A program made the position numbers and the translations under genes. Below the pieces are notes generated by a model, which saw only the letters and a program-made list of their open reading frames with translations, had not been told where the DNA came from and ran no database searches. A stretch of 64,000 nt of DNA from Lama guanicoe (taxonomy: Eukaryota), in contig MU057340.1 of NCBI GenBank assembly GCA_013239625.1, positions 8,326,931 through 8,390,930 on the forward strand, written 5' to 3'. Below, in pieces: positions 24,359 through 36,469 of the stretch; within the stretch, counting starts at the first letter, position 1, and every line of letters starts with the position of its first letter.

Positions 24359-24996
24359 ATAGGGTTTGCCAGTTTGCATGTAATCCTTGTGAAAACAGGG
24401 TGACCCCTGGAACAGGAAGGGAGCACACTGTCCTGTATTTCCTCCAAACCGGGATAACCTGGGACTCACAGGCACGGACTGCAGAGGGAATAACAACAAT
24501 TGTTCAGTGCTCTCTCATCTGAATAATCTTTGTGCATTTGGATTTCACATTTTCTTTCAAACTGGAGATGCAGGTTCGTCTGCCTGCTAACAAAACACTT
24601 TCTTCATCCCTACACTGAATCCCTCAGCAAATCCTCAAATATCTTTGCAAATCTCAAAGATATTAAGGCGTTTAACTTTTTTTTCATTTAGACCTTTGAA
24701 GTATGCCGTGACTAGAATAATTTCAGAGTTGAAACCTGTCGACTGCATAGAGAATTAATAAAAGCACCCATCAGCCCGGTAGCTGGGCTGATAACTAATT
24801 ACTTATAGATTTTAAGTCAAATTTGAGAAAGATAAATATTTAAATAAAATGTATAATCATTTGGAAATACCACTAAGTGTTTCGTAATTATTGTCTTGAA
24901 AGAAATCATTGCTCAGATGGTGACTACTGCCATCTTGGATGGGCCAGGAGGGAGGGGGGCTACAAGTAGATGCTAGATTGTTCTTGTACATTTCTC

Positions 24997-25030
24997 TGTG
25001 TGTGTGTGCGTGTGTATGTGTGTGCACATG
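24997..25030. repeat. (TG)n microsatellite, imperfect
   Basis: Directly visible. Confidence 0.85.
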
Positions 25031-25399
25031 AGCATGCAGTATATGTGTTTTAATAAAGATATTAAAGGGCAATGTAATACTTGGAAATATTGAGCTCTGA
25101 TTGGAAGGACCAAAGTTACCACAGGTGCTTTTGGCTTCTTCAATCACTTGTTCAGCTCTGCTCTGGGCTGGGGTATCTTACAGCAAGGGGACTGGGGAAG
25201 GGGAATGTTCTGGAAGGAGCTGAAAGGGTCAGGGAGGACCTCAGATGACTTCCTCCCTGTAGCCTGTTTGGCAATTCACAAATGTTCTGCTCTCTCTCTC
25301 TCTGTCCCAGCCTTTCTTCAATTTCTGGATCTTTTCTCCTCTGAATAATTTTATCGTCTTTTTTTTTTTGGCCTTTTTTATTTTTAATGTTTTAAAACC

Positions 25400-26660
25400 C
25401 TTCACCCAGATTCATTTTCTCTCTCTGAACCATTTGAAATTAAGTTGCAGACATCACCAGACTTCAGCCCTCATCCTCAAGCAGACCTCTCCTGGAATAA
25501 GAATATTCTTCTACAGAACTACCAAAGAGCACTCCCATGCAAGGAAATTGACATTCATTCAATGCTATCATCTGAATTTTCTCATGTCCCCCAAATGTCT
25601 TTTGTAGCTTTTTCCCTCCTCTCCATCAGTCCAAGACCCGATCAAGGGTTTACCCATGACATTCGATTGCTATGTCCCTTTAGTGTCTTTTAGCCCAGAA
25701 CGACTCTCTCACTGTTCTTTGTCTTTTTCTGACATTGATATTTGTAAAGATTTCAAGCCAGTTGTCCTGTAAAATTTTCCACATTCTGGATTTGACTGAT
25801 GGTTTCCTCATAATTGGATTCTGGTTCAGCACTTTGGCCAAGAATATTGTACAAGTTTTATTGGTACTTGGTACCGTTTCCCATCAGAAGACACATGATC
25901 CTGGTTCCCCAAGGGTGATGTTTGGTTGCGCGGTTAGGGCTCAGCCGCTGGACGTTGCCGCGGTCACATTCACTTCCCCCCTTAGTAATTATAAAGAGTC
26001 TGTGGGCTGATCACAAGTCCATGTGAATATCCTGTTCTCTAATGACCTTTTATCAAATGTGTTTATCCTCCGTGATTACATTCACGTGTATCAGTTCTTG
26101 CATTGCTGGTTACAAAACGGTGATTTTGTCTATTACTATTGTTCCTTCTATATTTACTAGCAAGCATTCTCCTGGAAAGAAGGATCTTTTCACATTTTCA
26201 TTCACTCTCTCTCTCTCTCCACCCCTCACCAACTCCCTCCCTCTTTCTCTATCTCCCCCCACCCACCACACCCATCTCTCTCATCACTATGAACATAGTA
26301 GTTTTTTTCAGTGTGTTAATATTCATTACAGACATTATTCTTTTTGATGCTCAATTTGCCACATATTGGTGCATTAAAGCCTCTTCCAGCTAGGTCCTGT
26401 GCCTCTTATACCCAACCCAATCCATCTTTAAGTTCGCCCTTGTTTTTCTGATGAAGTGAGACGTTCAAGGCAGCCCTCGTGATCTTCAGCCATCTCTCCG
26501 TGTAACTTTTAGAGAGGAATGATACTTAGAAACCAAGATAAGGGCAGTAGGTGTGTTCATGGCTACTAGGGAGTCATTACTTATTGCTTCTAGCCCAGTC
26601 AGTGGACAGAACTGGAAATAAACACACAGACACACACACATACACACACATATATTTAAT
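25400..26660 (-). mobile_element. Ancient L1 3' region (L1MC/L1ME-like), antisense
   Basis: accatttgaaattaagttgcagacatc...; gagaggaatgatacttagaaaccaagat motifs typical of old L1 3' UTRs. Confidence 0.7.
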
Positions 26661-26689
26661 GATGTCAAATTTCCCCTCGAAAAAGTCAC

Positions 26690-26965
26690 TAATCTTTGCC
26701 ACCTTAGGGCCTTTGCACCTGTTGGACCTCTGCCTGGCACACTGTTCCCTTGATCAGAAAGGTCACTCCACACCCCTCTCTCTGCATCACACTTTGCTGC
26801 TGTATTGACATTCTGGGACATACCATATACTGTTTCATTTCTCATTGTCTGTCTCCTGTACAGACTGCAAGTTCCTTGACAGTAGGGGGCGCCCTGTCAT
26901 ACTCCCTGCAATATCCCCAGTGCCTGGCACATCGTTAATACTCGTAGATTTGTACTGAAAGAAAG
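26690..26965 (+). mobile_element. LINE-2 3' end
   Basis: agggcctttgcacctg...agactgcaagttccttga...atatccccagtgcctggcaca. Confidence 0.8.
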
Positions 26966-27344
26966 GAAGGAGGGAGGAAGAAAGAAAGGACTTCCTTCCA
27001 AGCAACCACTCTGCCTCCAGCAAATAATCAGCAGGCAGTCCTGGTGTGTGCAGACCCCTCCCAGTCCAGTTGGGTTATCACAATCTCAGACTCTGAGAGG
27101 TCTGAGCTCTGAGAACCCAGCCTCCTCCCCTGCTCACTGCCGTACCCCCAAAAATGCCCCTGTGCTGTGACCTCTGACCCCTGTCCTCTCCCGGTCTTGT
27201 CATTTCCCAGACCTCCCAATGGGAAAACATTAGGCATCAACCGGAGATGACCCACCATGGTCCAGTCCTGGGGCTGACTGCAGGTAGAATCTTTGACTTT
27301 TAAGGATCCTGCCACTTTTTTTGCAGGTTCACAAATGGAGCAGT

Positions 27345-27470
27345 TTGTAACTCAAGTGTCCTTGGATGTGTTTCTTAACCTCTCTGAGCCTTTGTTTCCC
27401 CACCTGGCAGTCAAAGCTGGAGACACCTGTCTTGAAGAGTGCTTGTGAGGGGTCAGATAGGACCCACAGT
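27345..27470 (+). mobile_element. MIR SINE
   Basis: cttaacctctctgagcctttgtttcccc. Confidence 0.75.
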
Positions 27471-27534
27471 TCCAGGCACAGGGGGCAAAGGAGAGGCTCC
27501 CCAAACATCCACTGTTGCATTATTACTTTCATTG

Positions 27535-27810
27535 TTGTTTTCACATTTTTATTGAGGTATTACGTACACTTGGTAAAGTGTGCTATTTGATGGGTTCTTA
27601 ACTCTATGCACCACCCACATCAAGGCGTAGACCACCCCTTCCACTCACTCATCGAGAATAAGTCCTCTGTGGACCTCCAGCACATAGCTTGGCCTCTTCT
27701 TGAACTTCACGTCAATGGAATCACACAGTATGTGCTATTTCGTGTCTAGCTTCTTTTGCCCACATTGGGTCTGTGAGACCCACCCACGTGGCTGCGTAGT
27801 TGGTGACTGC
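27535..27810 (-). mobile_element. Old L1 3' end, antisense
   Basis: ttttattgaggtat...cttgaacttcacgtcaatggaatcacacagtatgtgct. Confidence 0.75.
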
Positions 27811-28259
27811 ATTCCGATGACTTTTCCTGACCTGCTCTACTGCACCCCGGCCCCCATGTGGAGTGCCCACGTTAGTGCCCGGCCCGGCTGCCCTCGGAGA
27901 AAGGAGCCCGAGCTTGTGCACCTGGGCTCCAGGTTTTGAATTTACCTTGTTAGCATTCCTTGGGCAATTCCAAAGCAGTTCTATCAAGTATCAGCTTATA
28001 TTTTCTTACAATTACTTAAAACGTGCCTTTTACATCAAAAGGCAGGATCTCCCACGGAGCCAAGAAAGACATAGAAGCGACAATTAGCAAGTAACACGGG
28101 AAGGACATAATTAAGCCCTGATTGCTGGGTCCCAGGAGCCTGGGTTCGGAGGGAAAGAAGCCCAGTGGAGCAGGCAGGGAAAGCCCCGAGCAGGTGAGTG
28201 TGACAGCTTGATGTGACTCGGACGGGCCAGGGAGGGCAGGAGGGGTAGGGCAGGTTGAG

Positions 28260-28850
28260 GAAGAGGAAGACGAGAATTAATGAGAAATAGAAAATAATTT
28301 AGCAGGACAGCAAATCCCCGGAGATGAATTCCTTTTCCAAATGTCTCATTTGTCCAGAGGAGATGGGGAAAGTCTATGGCAGGAAGGCTGGCCGCAAGAA
28401 TTTCATTTCCCTGATGCTATTCAGATTCCCAGCATGATCGATAAAAGTACAATTAGTGCCCCTGCATCGCAGCAGGTGTTTTTAACCTTTAGGTGATGGC
28501 AACACGCATATCAAGGTTCTACCTCCTCGGTGCCCCATCTCACACGGGCCAGATAAGTCATCGCCACATTTGACATTTGATGTTATAATTTTAACATGTT
28601 AAAATTCAGATAAAGATTATTTCAATTTTTTAAAGCTGGGAGCCAGATGTAATTGCCTTGCTCTGGACTTTAGATCTAAATCATTCTGCCAACTCATCCT
28701 GTAGTTATTAAGGACTTTATCATTGAAATGTGTGCTGCATATGCCGCAGGTTAGAATGCCCCAGAGGCCTGGAAGTAAACTTTTGAATTCTCCTCCGATA
28801 AGGAATGACTTTTAATACAGAAACCATGAAGGCTTAGTTTAGTAAATTGT
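28260..28850. promoter_or_regulatory. Candidate conserved non-coding element/enhancer
   Basis: Repeat-free, AT-rich, homeobox/GATA/TGACA motifs, 20-bp perfect palindrome; function is inferred. Confidence 0.45.
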
Positions 28851-29099
28851 TCAATCAACTAATTAATCCATCCACAAATCTGTTTGGGTGTCCACTGTAT
28901 GTCCAGAATATCATGTTCTCTGCAGCAAACAGCTTTTGTTCTAAATAGGAGGAGACAAGAAATAGACTTGGGGCATTCTGTATCTTGGTGCCTGCGACTG
29001 GGTATACAGTGGTGCTCAATTAATGTTGGCTGCAACAGACATAGAGTGAAACAAGAGGGGAAAATACGAGATGGCACAGGACCAGCAGGACCCACTGCA

Positions 29100-29545
29100 G
29101 CATGTGGTTTCGGTGTCCCCTCTGCTTCTCTCTAGTTTTGGCTACAGTTGGGGTGGGGGGTGCGTCACAGGGGAGCTGAGGGGGCACATGTGGTTTGAAG
29201 AACAAACAGCTCTGCTCCCCCTTTTCCTGCTTCGGGGCCTGTCCTGAAGGGGGCGCACTCAGCCTGCAAGCAAGTGCAGCCCAGAAATGTTGGGAATTAA
29301 GAGTTCCCATGGGCGACCCAACTCAGTCTCCCAGTCTCCCTCCTGATGGACAGCTCTGGGAGGGGCTTTGTACGATTCACAAAGTTCCAGCAAACCGAGC
29401 CCTGGAGCCTTAATAACCCATTTCTCTGCTGATTTTTCCTCCATCACTGTTTCCCATCTCCCTGACTCCTATTTCCGGTGGGTCATCTCCCCAAAAAATG
29501 TCCTGCACCCAAGTCTCAGGCTATAATTTTGGGACTCCTCAGCTG
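29100..29545 (+). mobile_element. ERVL solo LTR (LTR41/LTR33-like)
   Basis: 3' end ccaaaaaatgtcctgcacccaagtctcaggct...ttttgggactcc resembles the LTR41 terminus; 5' boundary uncertain. Confidence 0.55.
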
Positions 29546-29659
29546 ATTTCCATAAACCATTCTAGAATTTTGTTCTCTTTCCTTCAGAGGCTCAGCTCAT
29601 AGCTAAGTGGTGGTTCTCTGAGCAGCAGCGCCAGTTGGGTCTGGGACAGTCCCCACGTT

Positions 29660-29880
29660 CATGGAGGAAGAGGCGCTTGCCTGGACCTGGACGTGTAGGG
29701 AGGACCAGGCAGGGGAGAGGAGGAATGTTTCAGGAGGGAGGACCTGGAGTGCAGCTGCAGCGGCAGGAATGAGTGTGCCCGGTGCCCAGGACTGTGAGAA
29801 GCCTTCATGGCTGGAGTGGAGGCCAGTGAGCCAGCGAAGGCAGTGAGGTTAGACGGAATCATGAGACCTGGCAGTGGAGG
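29660..29880 (-). mobile_element. LINE-2 fragment
   Basis: gaggaatgtttcaggagggagg...gcaggaatgagt...gagaagccttcatggctggagt. Confidence 0.6.
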
Positions 29881-30289
29881 GCTTGCTGCAGTCTCTGCTC
29901 TTACATTAGCAGCTGATTGATTCACCACGATGAACACACACACAGACACATCAAATACACATCAATATGAGATGCACACAGATTGTGTGTGGATGCACAG
30001 ACAGCGGCCAGGAGAAGTTTGCCCAGGGAGAGAAGGGGGAATTTAGAGTCTTAGAGCAATCAGGATCTTGGCCAATAAGCAGTGTAAGCGCCATCGCCTC
30101 CCCACCCTCCCCACACCCAACGTCATTCACCGACTTGCTGAACCTCGAGGTGGCCTCCTAAGCTTTCTCATGACCATGCTCTAGATATCTCAGCTACTAG
30201 AGTTGTCTTCCCAGATCGAGTTCAGCCTCAACTCAGGGCTGTGGTGCCTGTCTTCCTATTTACACCACCCCAACTGGTGATCAGGGAGC

Positions 30290-31130
30290 CTTTCCTCAAA
30301 CCTTTCTGGAGATGGGGAGCTCACTTCTCTGTGAGACAGCCCAGGCTGCTGGTGAGCAACACCCATTCTCAGAAAGTTCTTAGAACCACCGATAGGTCTA
30401 GTCATTCTTCCATATGAAGCTTGGTAGATATTTGATGGCCATTATCAGCCCCTACCCTTCTCCCCAGGCAAGTTAGCTCTTCTCCAAGGTGAAGAGTCTT
30501 GGTTCTTCCCAACTTTCCTCACATTATGTGAATCTGTAGCCCTTGGACTTCTTAGCTTCCCTCCCATGAGCGTAATCCCATTCCTCAACCCCTACTGCCA
30601 AATGATGCTTCTAGACCGAAGGACAATGGCTGCTCAGTGCCTGGGGCTGTGGTCCCCATGGGATAATGCAGACACTCTCCAGTTACCCACACATCTCAAT
30701 GTCCTTGGAGCTGTGGGACACTCTTGTTTCAGACAACTTACACTGAGACCACAACTCTCTCCACCTTTTCCAGAGAAATGAGTTTCCCCTAATTTGTATT
30801 TGGGCAATTGACTTATAACCTGAATATATTCCATTACATATTTGATCTCATTTTCACTTTGCTTTAACTTCCTGTCATTCAATCTGTGGACATATTTTTG
30901 AATCTTGATCTTGTCGTACAGAAGAGTAGTTAGCCCTATAAATATTGTTTCAATTTCATGTTGCCTTGTATTAAAACACTGCTTTTAAAAATATGTTGCA
31001 TAGGACAGGACCAAGAGCAGAACCTTGTGCTCCCCCACTTAGGCTTCCCTCCAGAAGAACAGTCACTTGTCAATCAAATTTTCTTGTGAATGTTTTTTCC
31101 ACCAGCTCTGAACCCATCCAGGACCTGCCT
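30290..31130 (-). mobile_element. CR1/L3 LINE (RT region and 3' end), antisense
   Basis: Minus strand 31039-30989 translates SGGAQGSALGPVLCNIF, matching the CR1 RT motif SGVPQGSVLGPVLFNIF. Confidence 0.85.
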
Positions 31131-31187
31131 TCAAAAATGAAATAAGGGACTTTGCGGCATGATTAGAAGAAATCCAACTCTACCTGT

Positions 31188-31383
31188 GGAAGGGGTCCTT
31201 AACTTGGGTCCATGCAGCTGGGCTCAGGGAGTCTGTGAACTTCCCCCTCAAAATTGAATGCAAATACATGTGTGTGTGCACACATGTGCATATGCACTCA
31301 TAGATTTTTTTCAGAATAGGATCCACAGATTTCTTCAGGTTCTCAAAAGGGTTGATGACCCACAAAATTTCAAGAATGGTTGG
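31188..31383. mobile_element. hAT-Charlie MITE (subfamily uncertain)
   Basis: ggggtccttaacttgggtccatg...ttctcaaaagggttgatgacccacaaaatttcaagaa with degenerate TIRs. Confidence 0.7.
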
Positions 31384-31672
31384 TCAACAGCATTCCCTTG
31401 GAGCTGCACACAGGCTGTCATCTCCAAAATGAATCAAGATTATTTGGTTGTGCCAGAGAGTGTCACTCAAGAGCCGCTGCATCAAGGCTCTGCTTTCTAG
31501 TTGTTTACCAACCACTGTAGCAGTTGTTGGCTCCGCCAGGTCTTGGCAGGTTTCCAGGGAGACGGAAAAGAACAGCATTCTTGGCCAAGGAGCAGGGGCC
31601 TGGGTGAGGTGTTCCACCAACCTCCCTGCGAGTAAAGTGAAGAGCGTCTGGGGAATTGTCGTGACTGCCTTT

Positions 31673-31730
31673 GACCAACCACGCTCCATTGCCTGAGCAA
31701 AGACCAGTCATGCTCCATTGCCTGAGCAAA
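31673..31730. repeat. 29-bp tandem duplication
   Basis: gaccaaccacgctccattgcctgagcaaa / gaccagtcatgctccattgcctgagcaaa, 3 mismatches. Confidence 0.95.
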
Positions 31731-33794
31731 CTGCTGCCCAGAATTGCATTAGAATCTCATCAGCTGGGAAGCGGGAGCAATGGGCATTAGGAAGACAATG
31801 AACTGTGTCTGCCCCAGGGAGCGGGGCGAGGCCTGTCCCAATCCCACAGTCCACGGGAGCCTCTCGTGCCCTGTGCCCTGCTCCCTCTCACCTCCTCCAG
31901 CCCTTTCATTCAAAAGCTCCTCTCGCCCTCTTGCGGGCACTGCCTCTTCCTTCCCCACTCGGCCGTGTGGAAGACAGCTGCTTTACTGACATCAGTCAAG
32001 CTGATTTTCCTGGTGTGACTGGTATTTTGACTGATTAAAAACTGACGGCTTGGTAGGGACCCACATGTCATAAACAGTCCCTGTGTGTCCTCCCTGCCTT
32101 GATCCTGCCTGGCTCTGCTTCTGACATTTAGTCATGTTTCCTTCTGGAAAATTCTCCTTCCAGTCCATCAGCTGAACGTGTGGATTCCTCAAGTGTGAGG
32201 GGCAGGAAGGCAGCTTGGCCTTGCCTGCCTTCTTCCCGCAGGCCTGTCCCCCTGTGTGACAGTCGTCACAGACCCCAAGTCAGTCTGGCCGTGAAAGATA
32301 GCTGGACAGAGAACCCTGGGGCTTCCTAGAGCCCCGCACGACTCCTGTGCAGGGCCCCAGTCACTGTAGCCACCAGGTAAGGGACTGAGGCTGACGACTG
32401 TGATGAGGAGGAGGTGCCCACGTGGCCAAGAGCCCTCCTGTTTCCAGAGCTCAGAAATGCCACATATGCTAAAGTTTCCCACGAAAGTGCCCAGGGCTGG
32501 GCTGGAACCACGTGCCAGCCAGCCACGCTCCCAGAGAGAGAATTTACTACCAGAATTCCTGTCTACAACTCCCTGCCCATCTGACCCATGCACAGCCAAC
32601 CAGCCCCCACAGCCACCACCCTTCGTCCTGGAACTGTGCAGCATTTTGGTTCAAATTGACTCTGCTATCTTCAATGTCACCCCTCAGAACTACATAAGTC
32701 AGCGTCCCCATCTTCAGTTATTTCTATATCATCTGCATGACTTTTCTCACTTCCTAACACCTGTATAATAAGACCTTTATATTTTTGAATGGACTGTCTA
32801 TTCTCCCTTAAATACATTAAAAAAAATAAAACTTTAAACCATTATCCTTCATGGAAAACAAACATTATCTTCCCTAAATAGAAAGTAACCATAAAAAATA
32901 AATGCAATGAAAATAAAGCAATGGCAACCAGATGCTGTATGATACACAATATTTGGGGAGAATCGGTGGGGAAGCTGCAAAGTATTAAGAAGACGGGAGG
33001 AGTTATCAGCCCCCAACAAGGTGAAGGGCGGTGGCACCCTTGAATGAGGATACGGAGCAAGAGGGAGATTCCGTTATGCAGCTCGGTCTGGCACCTGAGT
33101 CTGTGTTTGGTTCAAATAAAAGACAGCTAGAAGACGAATCAAAGTTCACAAGCCAGCCTTTTCTGCTTCCCCTCTGGCTGGTGCTCTGCTCTAACGCATT
33201 GGACTCCTCGTGATGTCTGGTACCTCAGTCTTTGAATTTCCCGGTGTTTGGGGGAGATGGGGGGGTGGAAATGGAGGAACTTTTCTACTCAGGAAAAACT
33301 GCTTTTCCCTGTTCACCTTGGAGCCAATTCCAGGATGCTGGGGCCAAAAGGGGAAAGGAAGAAGAAGGTATGGCCACAGCATCCTCCCTTCCCTGGGGGC
33401 TGCACTCATGCACTTGGGTACCACTGCAAGCCTGTGGTTTGTTTAAGGCTGACGGTGAGCCAGGGGTGGCTGTAGGAGGCGGGGGAAGAGGACAGTTGAT
33501 GGAGTTTTCCACAAAGGTGATAAAAGAGAGGAAAAGACGCTTCTAAAATCGGTAACAACATCTCAGCAGCAGTTCTAACACTAAGGATTAGGCAGAAGCC
33601 TACAGTTCAACTCCCTTGAGTCCTTCAAGGTAGAGTGGCTTTCGATGCCCAGAGATATGGGCCCGAAAGAGACCCTACGTGAAGAAGTGCCCACTGAGAA
33701 GCTATCACAAGCAAGGCCCAAGGAACAGAAACAGGAAGCAGTATGTGTGAAGTACTGGGGGGGTGGGAGTCATGAGGTCATGCTGAGGACACAG

Positions 33795-33987
33795 CCAGGT
33801 ATAGGTCTGACCTCTAGCTTTGGCATTTGCTAGCTGTGTGACCTTGGGAAAGTTCCATAACCTCTCTGGCCTCATCAACACAGTGAGGTTGGTAATACCT
33901 GCTTCGTGGGTTGTTGCGAGGACGATATTAAAAAGCAAATGTAAAACACCAAGTACAGTGCCTGGCACAGAGTAGATAATCATGAAC
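33795..33987 (+). mobile_element. MIR SINE
   Basis: tagctgtgtgaccttgggaaagtt...gggttgttgcgagga...cagtgcctggcacagagtag. Confidence 0.9.
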
Positions 33988-34058
33988 ATTATTATTATTA
34001 TTATTATTATTATTACTACTACTACTACTACTATTATTATTATCATCATCATTATCAT
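33988..34058. repeat. Compound (ATT)n(ACT)n(ATT)n(ATC)n microsatellite at the MIR tail
   Basis: Directly visible. Confidence 0.95.
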
Positions 34059-34289
34059 GTGCCTTGGACTGACCTGACAAGGTACAACTAAATGTGTCCT
34101 ATTCTCTAAATAAACCAACAAAAAATCAAATAAAGAGAAGCCAAGAGCAATTTGCTCCATGACAAAAAAAACAAAAAAAACAACAGAAAAAAAAAATCCA
34201 CCTCCGGCCCAAGACAGCTAAAAAGACTAAGGCGCATTCTAGGGGCCCCACCTCTGGCACCAAAAATGTCTTCGTGGGTTAAAAAAAAA

Positions 34290-34800
34290 ATGGAGCCTTC
34301 CAGGAGTGGTAAATATTAGAGTGGGGATTGCATTTTAAAAACATCATTCTTGGTTACAAAGCGGGGAGAGAAAGACAAGAAATTAAAGCGTTTGTGTTTA
34401 GGAGGAAAAAATAGCTAGTTTTATAATCTGCCGTTTGGAAAATCAAAGCTATATAAAGAAAGAAAGCTGTGAGCTGAGGCAAGAATGAGGTTTCCCGGCG
34501 ACAGCTTCATTTGTAAGTTTCGTGCGGCTCTTGAAGGTCACTCATTCCAGGGACTTCATCCCACTTCGCAAACAGAAGACAAATCTGCAGTCCCTTCGCT
34601 GGAGCAGGTTATACAAGGAAACAATAAATGTGAGAAGCAACAGCCCTCCTTAAGAGGTCTAAATTGAATTGCATTGACTTTTTACAAAGCCACAAATTGC
34701 TTATCTTATTCAAGTGCCTCAGTGTTTGCTTTTTGATGAGCTCGCTACAAAGATACCTTGAAGTTCCACAGGGGTGTGAATTGCCCCCTTTGAAATGTCG
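34290..34800. promoter_or_regulatory. Candidate conserved non-coding element/enhancer
   Basis: Repeat-free; FOX, TCF, SOX, GATA and NKX-like motifs; retained CpGs; function is inferred. Confidence 0.45.
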
Positions 34801-35103
34801 GTGGTGGGGCTCTGGTGGGGCTCGGGGGCCGGGCGCAGGGCAGGCGGAGCCAAGAGGGTCTCATTCTAAAAGATGATCCTCAAAGAGCGAGGTCCTGTGA
34901 GGAGGGGCCCATTTCACCACTAAAATGCATCAACATCTGAGCTCACTTGGGAGGGCCAAATAAGACAGCAGATGTGAAAAGCAGGCACTTTCCAGATTTA
35001 GGGAGTCAAGAAAGAGGAAAGAAATAGAGAGAAACAGAAATTCCAGCCAAACAGCATGTGTATCTAAAGCTTTGTTCGTAAGCAGCAGAGTATGTGTGCA
35101 CGA

Positions 35104-35125
35104 GCGCGCGCGCGTGTGTGTGTGT
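35104..35125. repeat. (GC)n(GT)n alternating tract
   Basis: gcgcgcgcgcgtgtgtgtgtgt. Confidence 0.9.
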
Positions 35126-35173
35126 TAGAGAGGAGGCTGAGAAATAAGGCAGTTGAATTAGATGTGGGGCTGC

Positions 35174-35305
35174 ACCAGTGCTTCTCAGCCCAGGCTGCAC
35201 AGAATAATCATCTGGGAAGCTTTTTGAAGCTTTCTGGCCATTCCCTGGCCATTAAACCAGAATCTCTTGGAGGGTGGAGGATGGGGTGTCACTCCAGGCA
35301 TCATA
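35174..35305. mobile_element. MER5-like hAT MITE fragment
   Basis: cagtgcttctcagcccaggctgcacagaataatcatctggg...attaaaccagaatctct. Confidence 0.7.
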
Positions 35306-36469
35306 ATTCTTATTCTTTCTTCACCTTGATCACAATAAGCAGATTGGATTTCACACCATTGGGCTAATTGAATAAAGAGTTTTAAAAAAAAAAAGAACAT
35401 GGTTTTTCCCATTTATTTAAGAAGGTTGATGTCACTGGGTTTTATTGAGACAATGACTATCATGTTGGGGGTGGCCAGGGCCTCGTCAGTGACGGGCACC
35501 AACAATGATATTTCTCGCACCACTGAGACAGGAGGAGCTAGGGCATCAGAGAGGAACCAGAGCTGAAAGACAGCTTCTGAGAGGCTGCACAGGGGACACT
35601 TGATTTGTACTTGGGGACACCAGGCTGTCTAGGAGTGAAGGGCACAGATGGTATCTGGCACACAGGGCTGGCCCTCAGTGGGGATCCTGCAAAACGCGTG
35701 GGCGCCTCTCACACCAGGGGCGAGGGCCAGCTCTGCTCATTCCAAGACACTGGCTCCAGGGAGTGAGTTCAGGCACCTTCTCCCAGATGGAAGGAGCCAT
35801 GGCCACATGCACGTCCTGCCTGATTCAGTCCATGTGTCCGTACCTGGAAACACTCTCATGCCAGCTCCCTTGAAGGCCTTTACTACCTCACCTTACTTCT
35901 GGGAATTCTTTGGATCTTAAAGTGGGACACGGGGAAGGGGTGTAAAGAATGCATTGTGTGAGGGCGTTTAAACTACGTAATCTGCTTTGCTCACTAAGAC
36001 AACACATTTTAGCGGTGGCGCGGACCCATCCTTATAGGACGTTGCTTTTTTAACAGACAGTTGGCTATCTTTCCCTCCCACCTCTCTTACAACACATACA
36101 CACACCCAGGTGTGAGCTTATAAAACCCAAGCTAATGGCCCTCCTAAAAGGACACTTTCATCAGACCAACAAAGCCTTTCTTAAGGATCTCGCCTAAAAA
36201 TTTGAATATTTAAGGATGAGATTCCAGACACTTCGCTGGAAATGTTCTGCACTGAGTTACAAAGGAATTGCTCTTTAAATATAAAACATAGGATTTTCCG
36301 GTGTTCTAAGGGACAACTCGAAGAGGAACCAGATCGCAAAACTAGAAGTCTGATATTTTCTGAAATTTTTCCTCCTCCTTGGCAGAAGCGAAAGGTCCTC
36401 CTATTGGTCTCACCTTCTGTCCGCATATAGACTAAAGATCACTATTGTTAGTACAACGTTTTGTAGTTC

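Noticed and set aside
31673-31730. CRISPR-like direct repeats
   Set aside because: Two adjacent units with no spacer, eukaryotic context and no cas genes
33705-34160. 151-aa minus-strand ORF with poly-M/I/V run
   Set aside because: Translation of a trinucleotide microsatellite plus MIR
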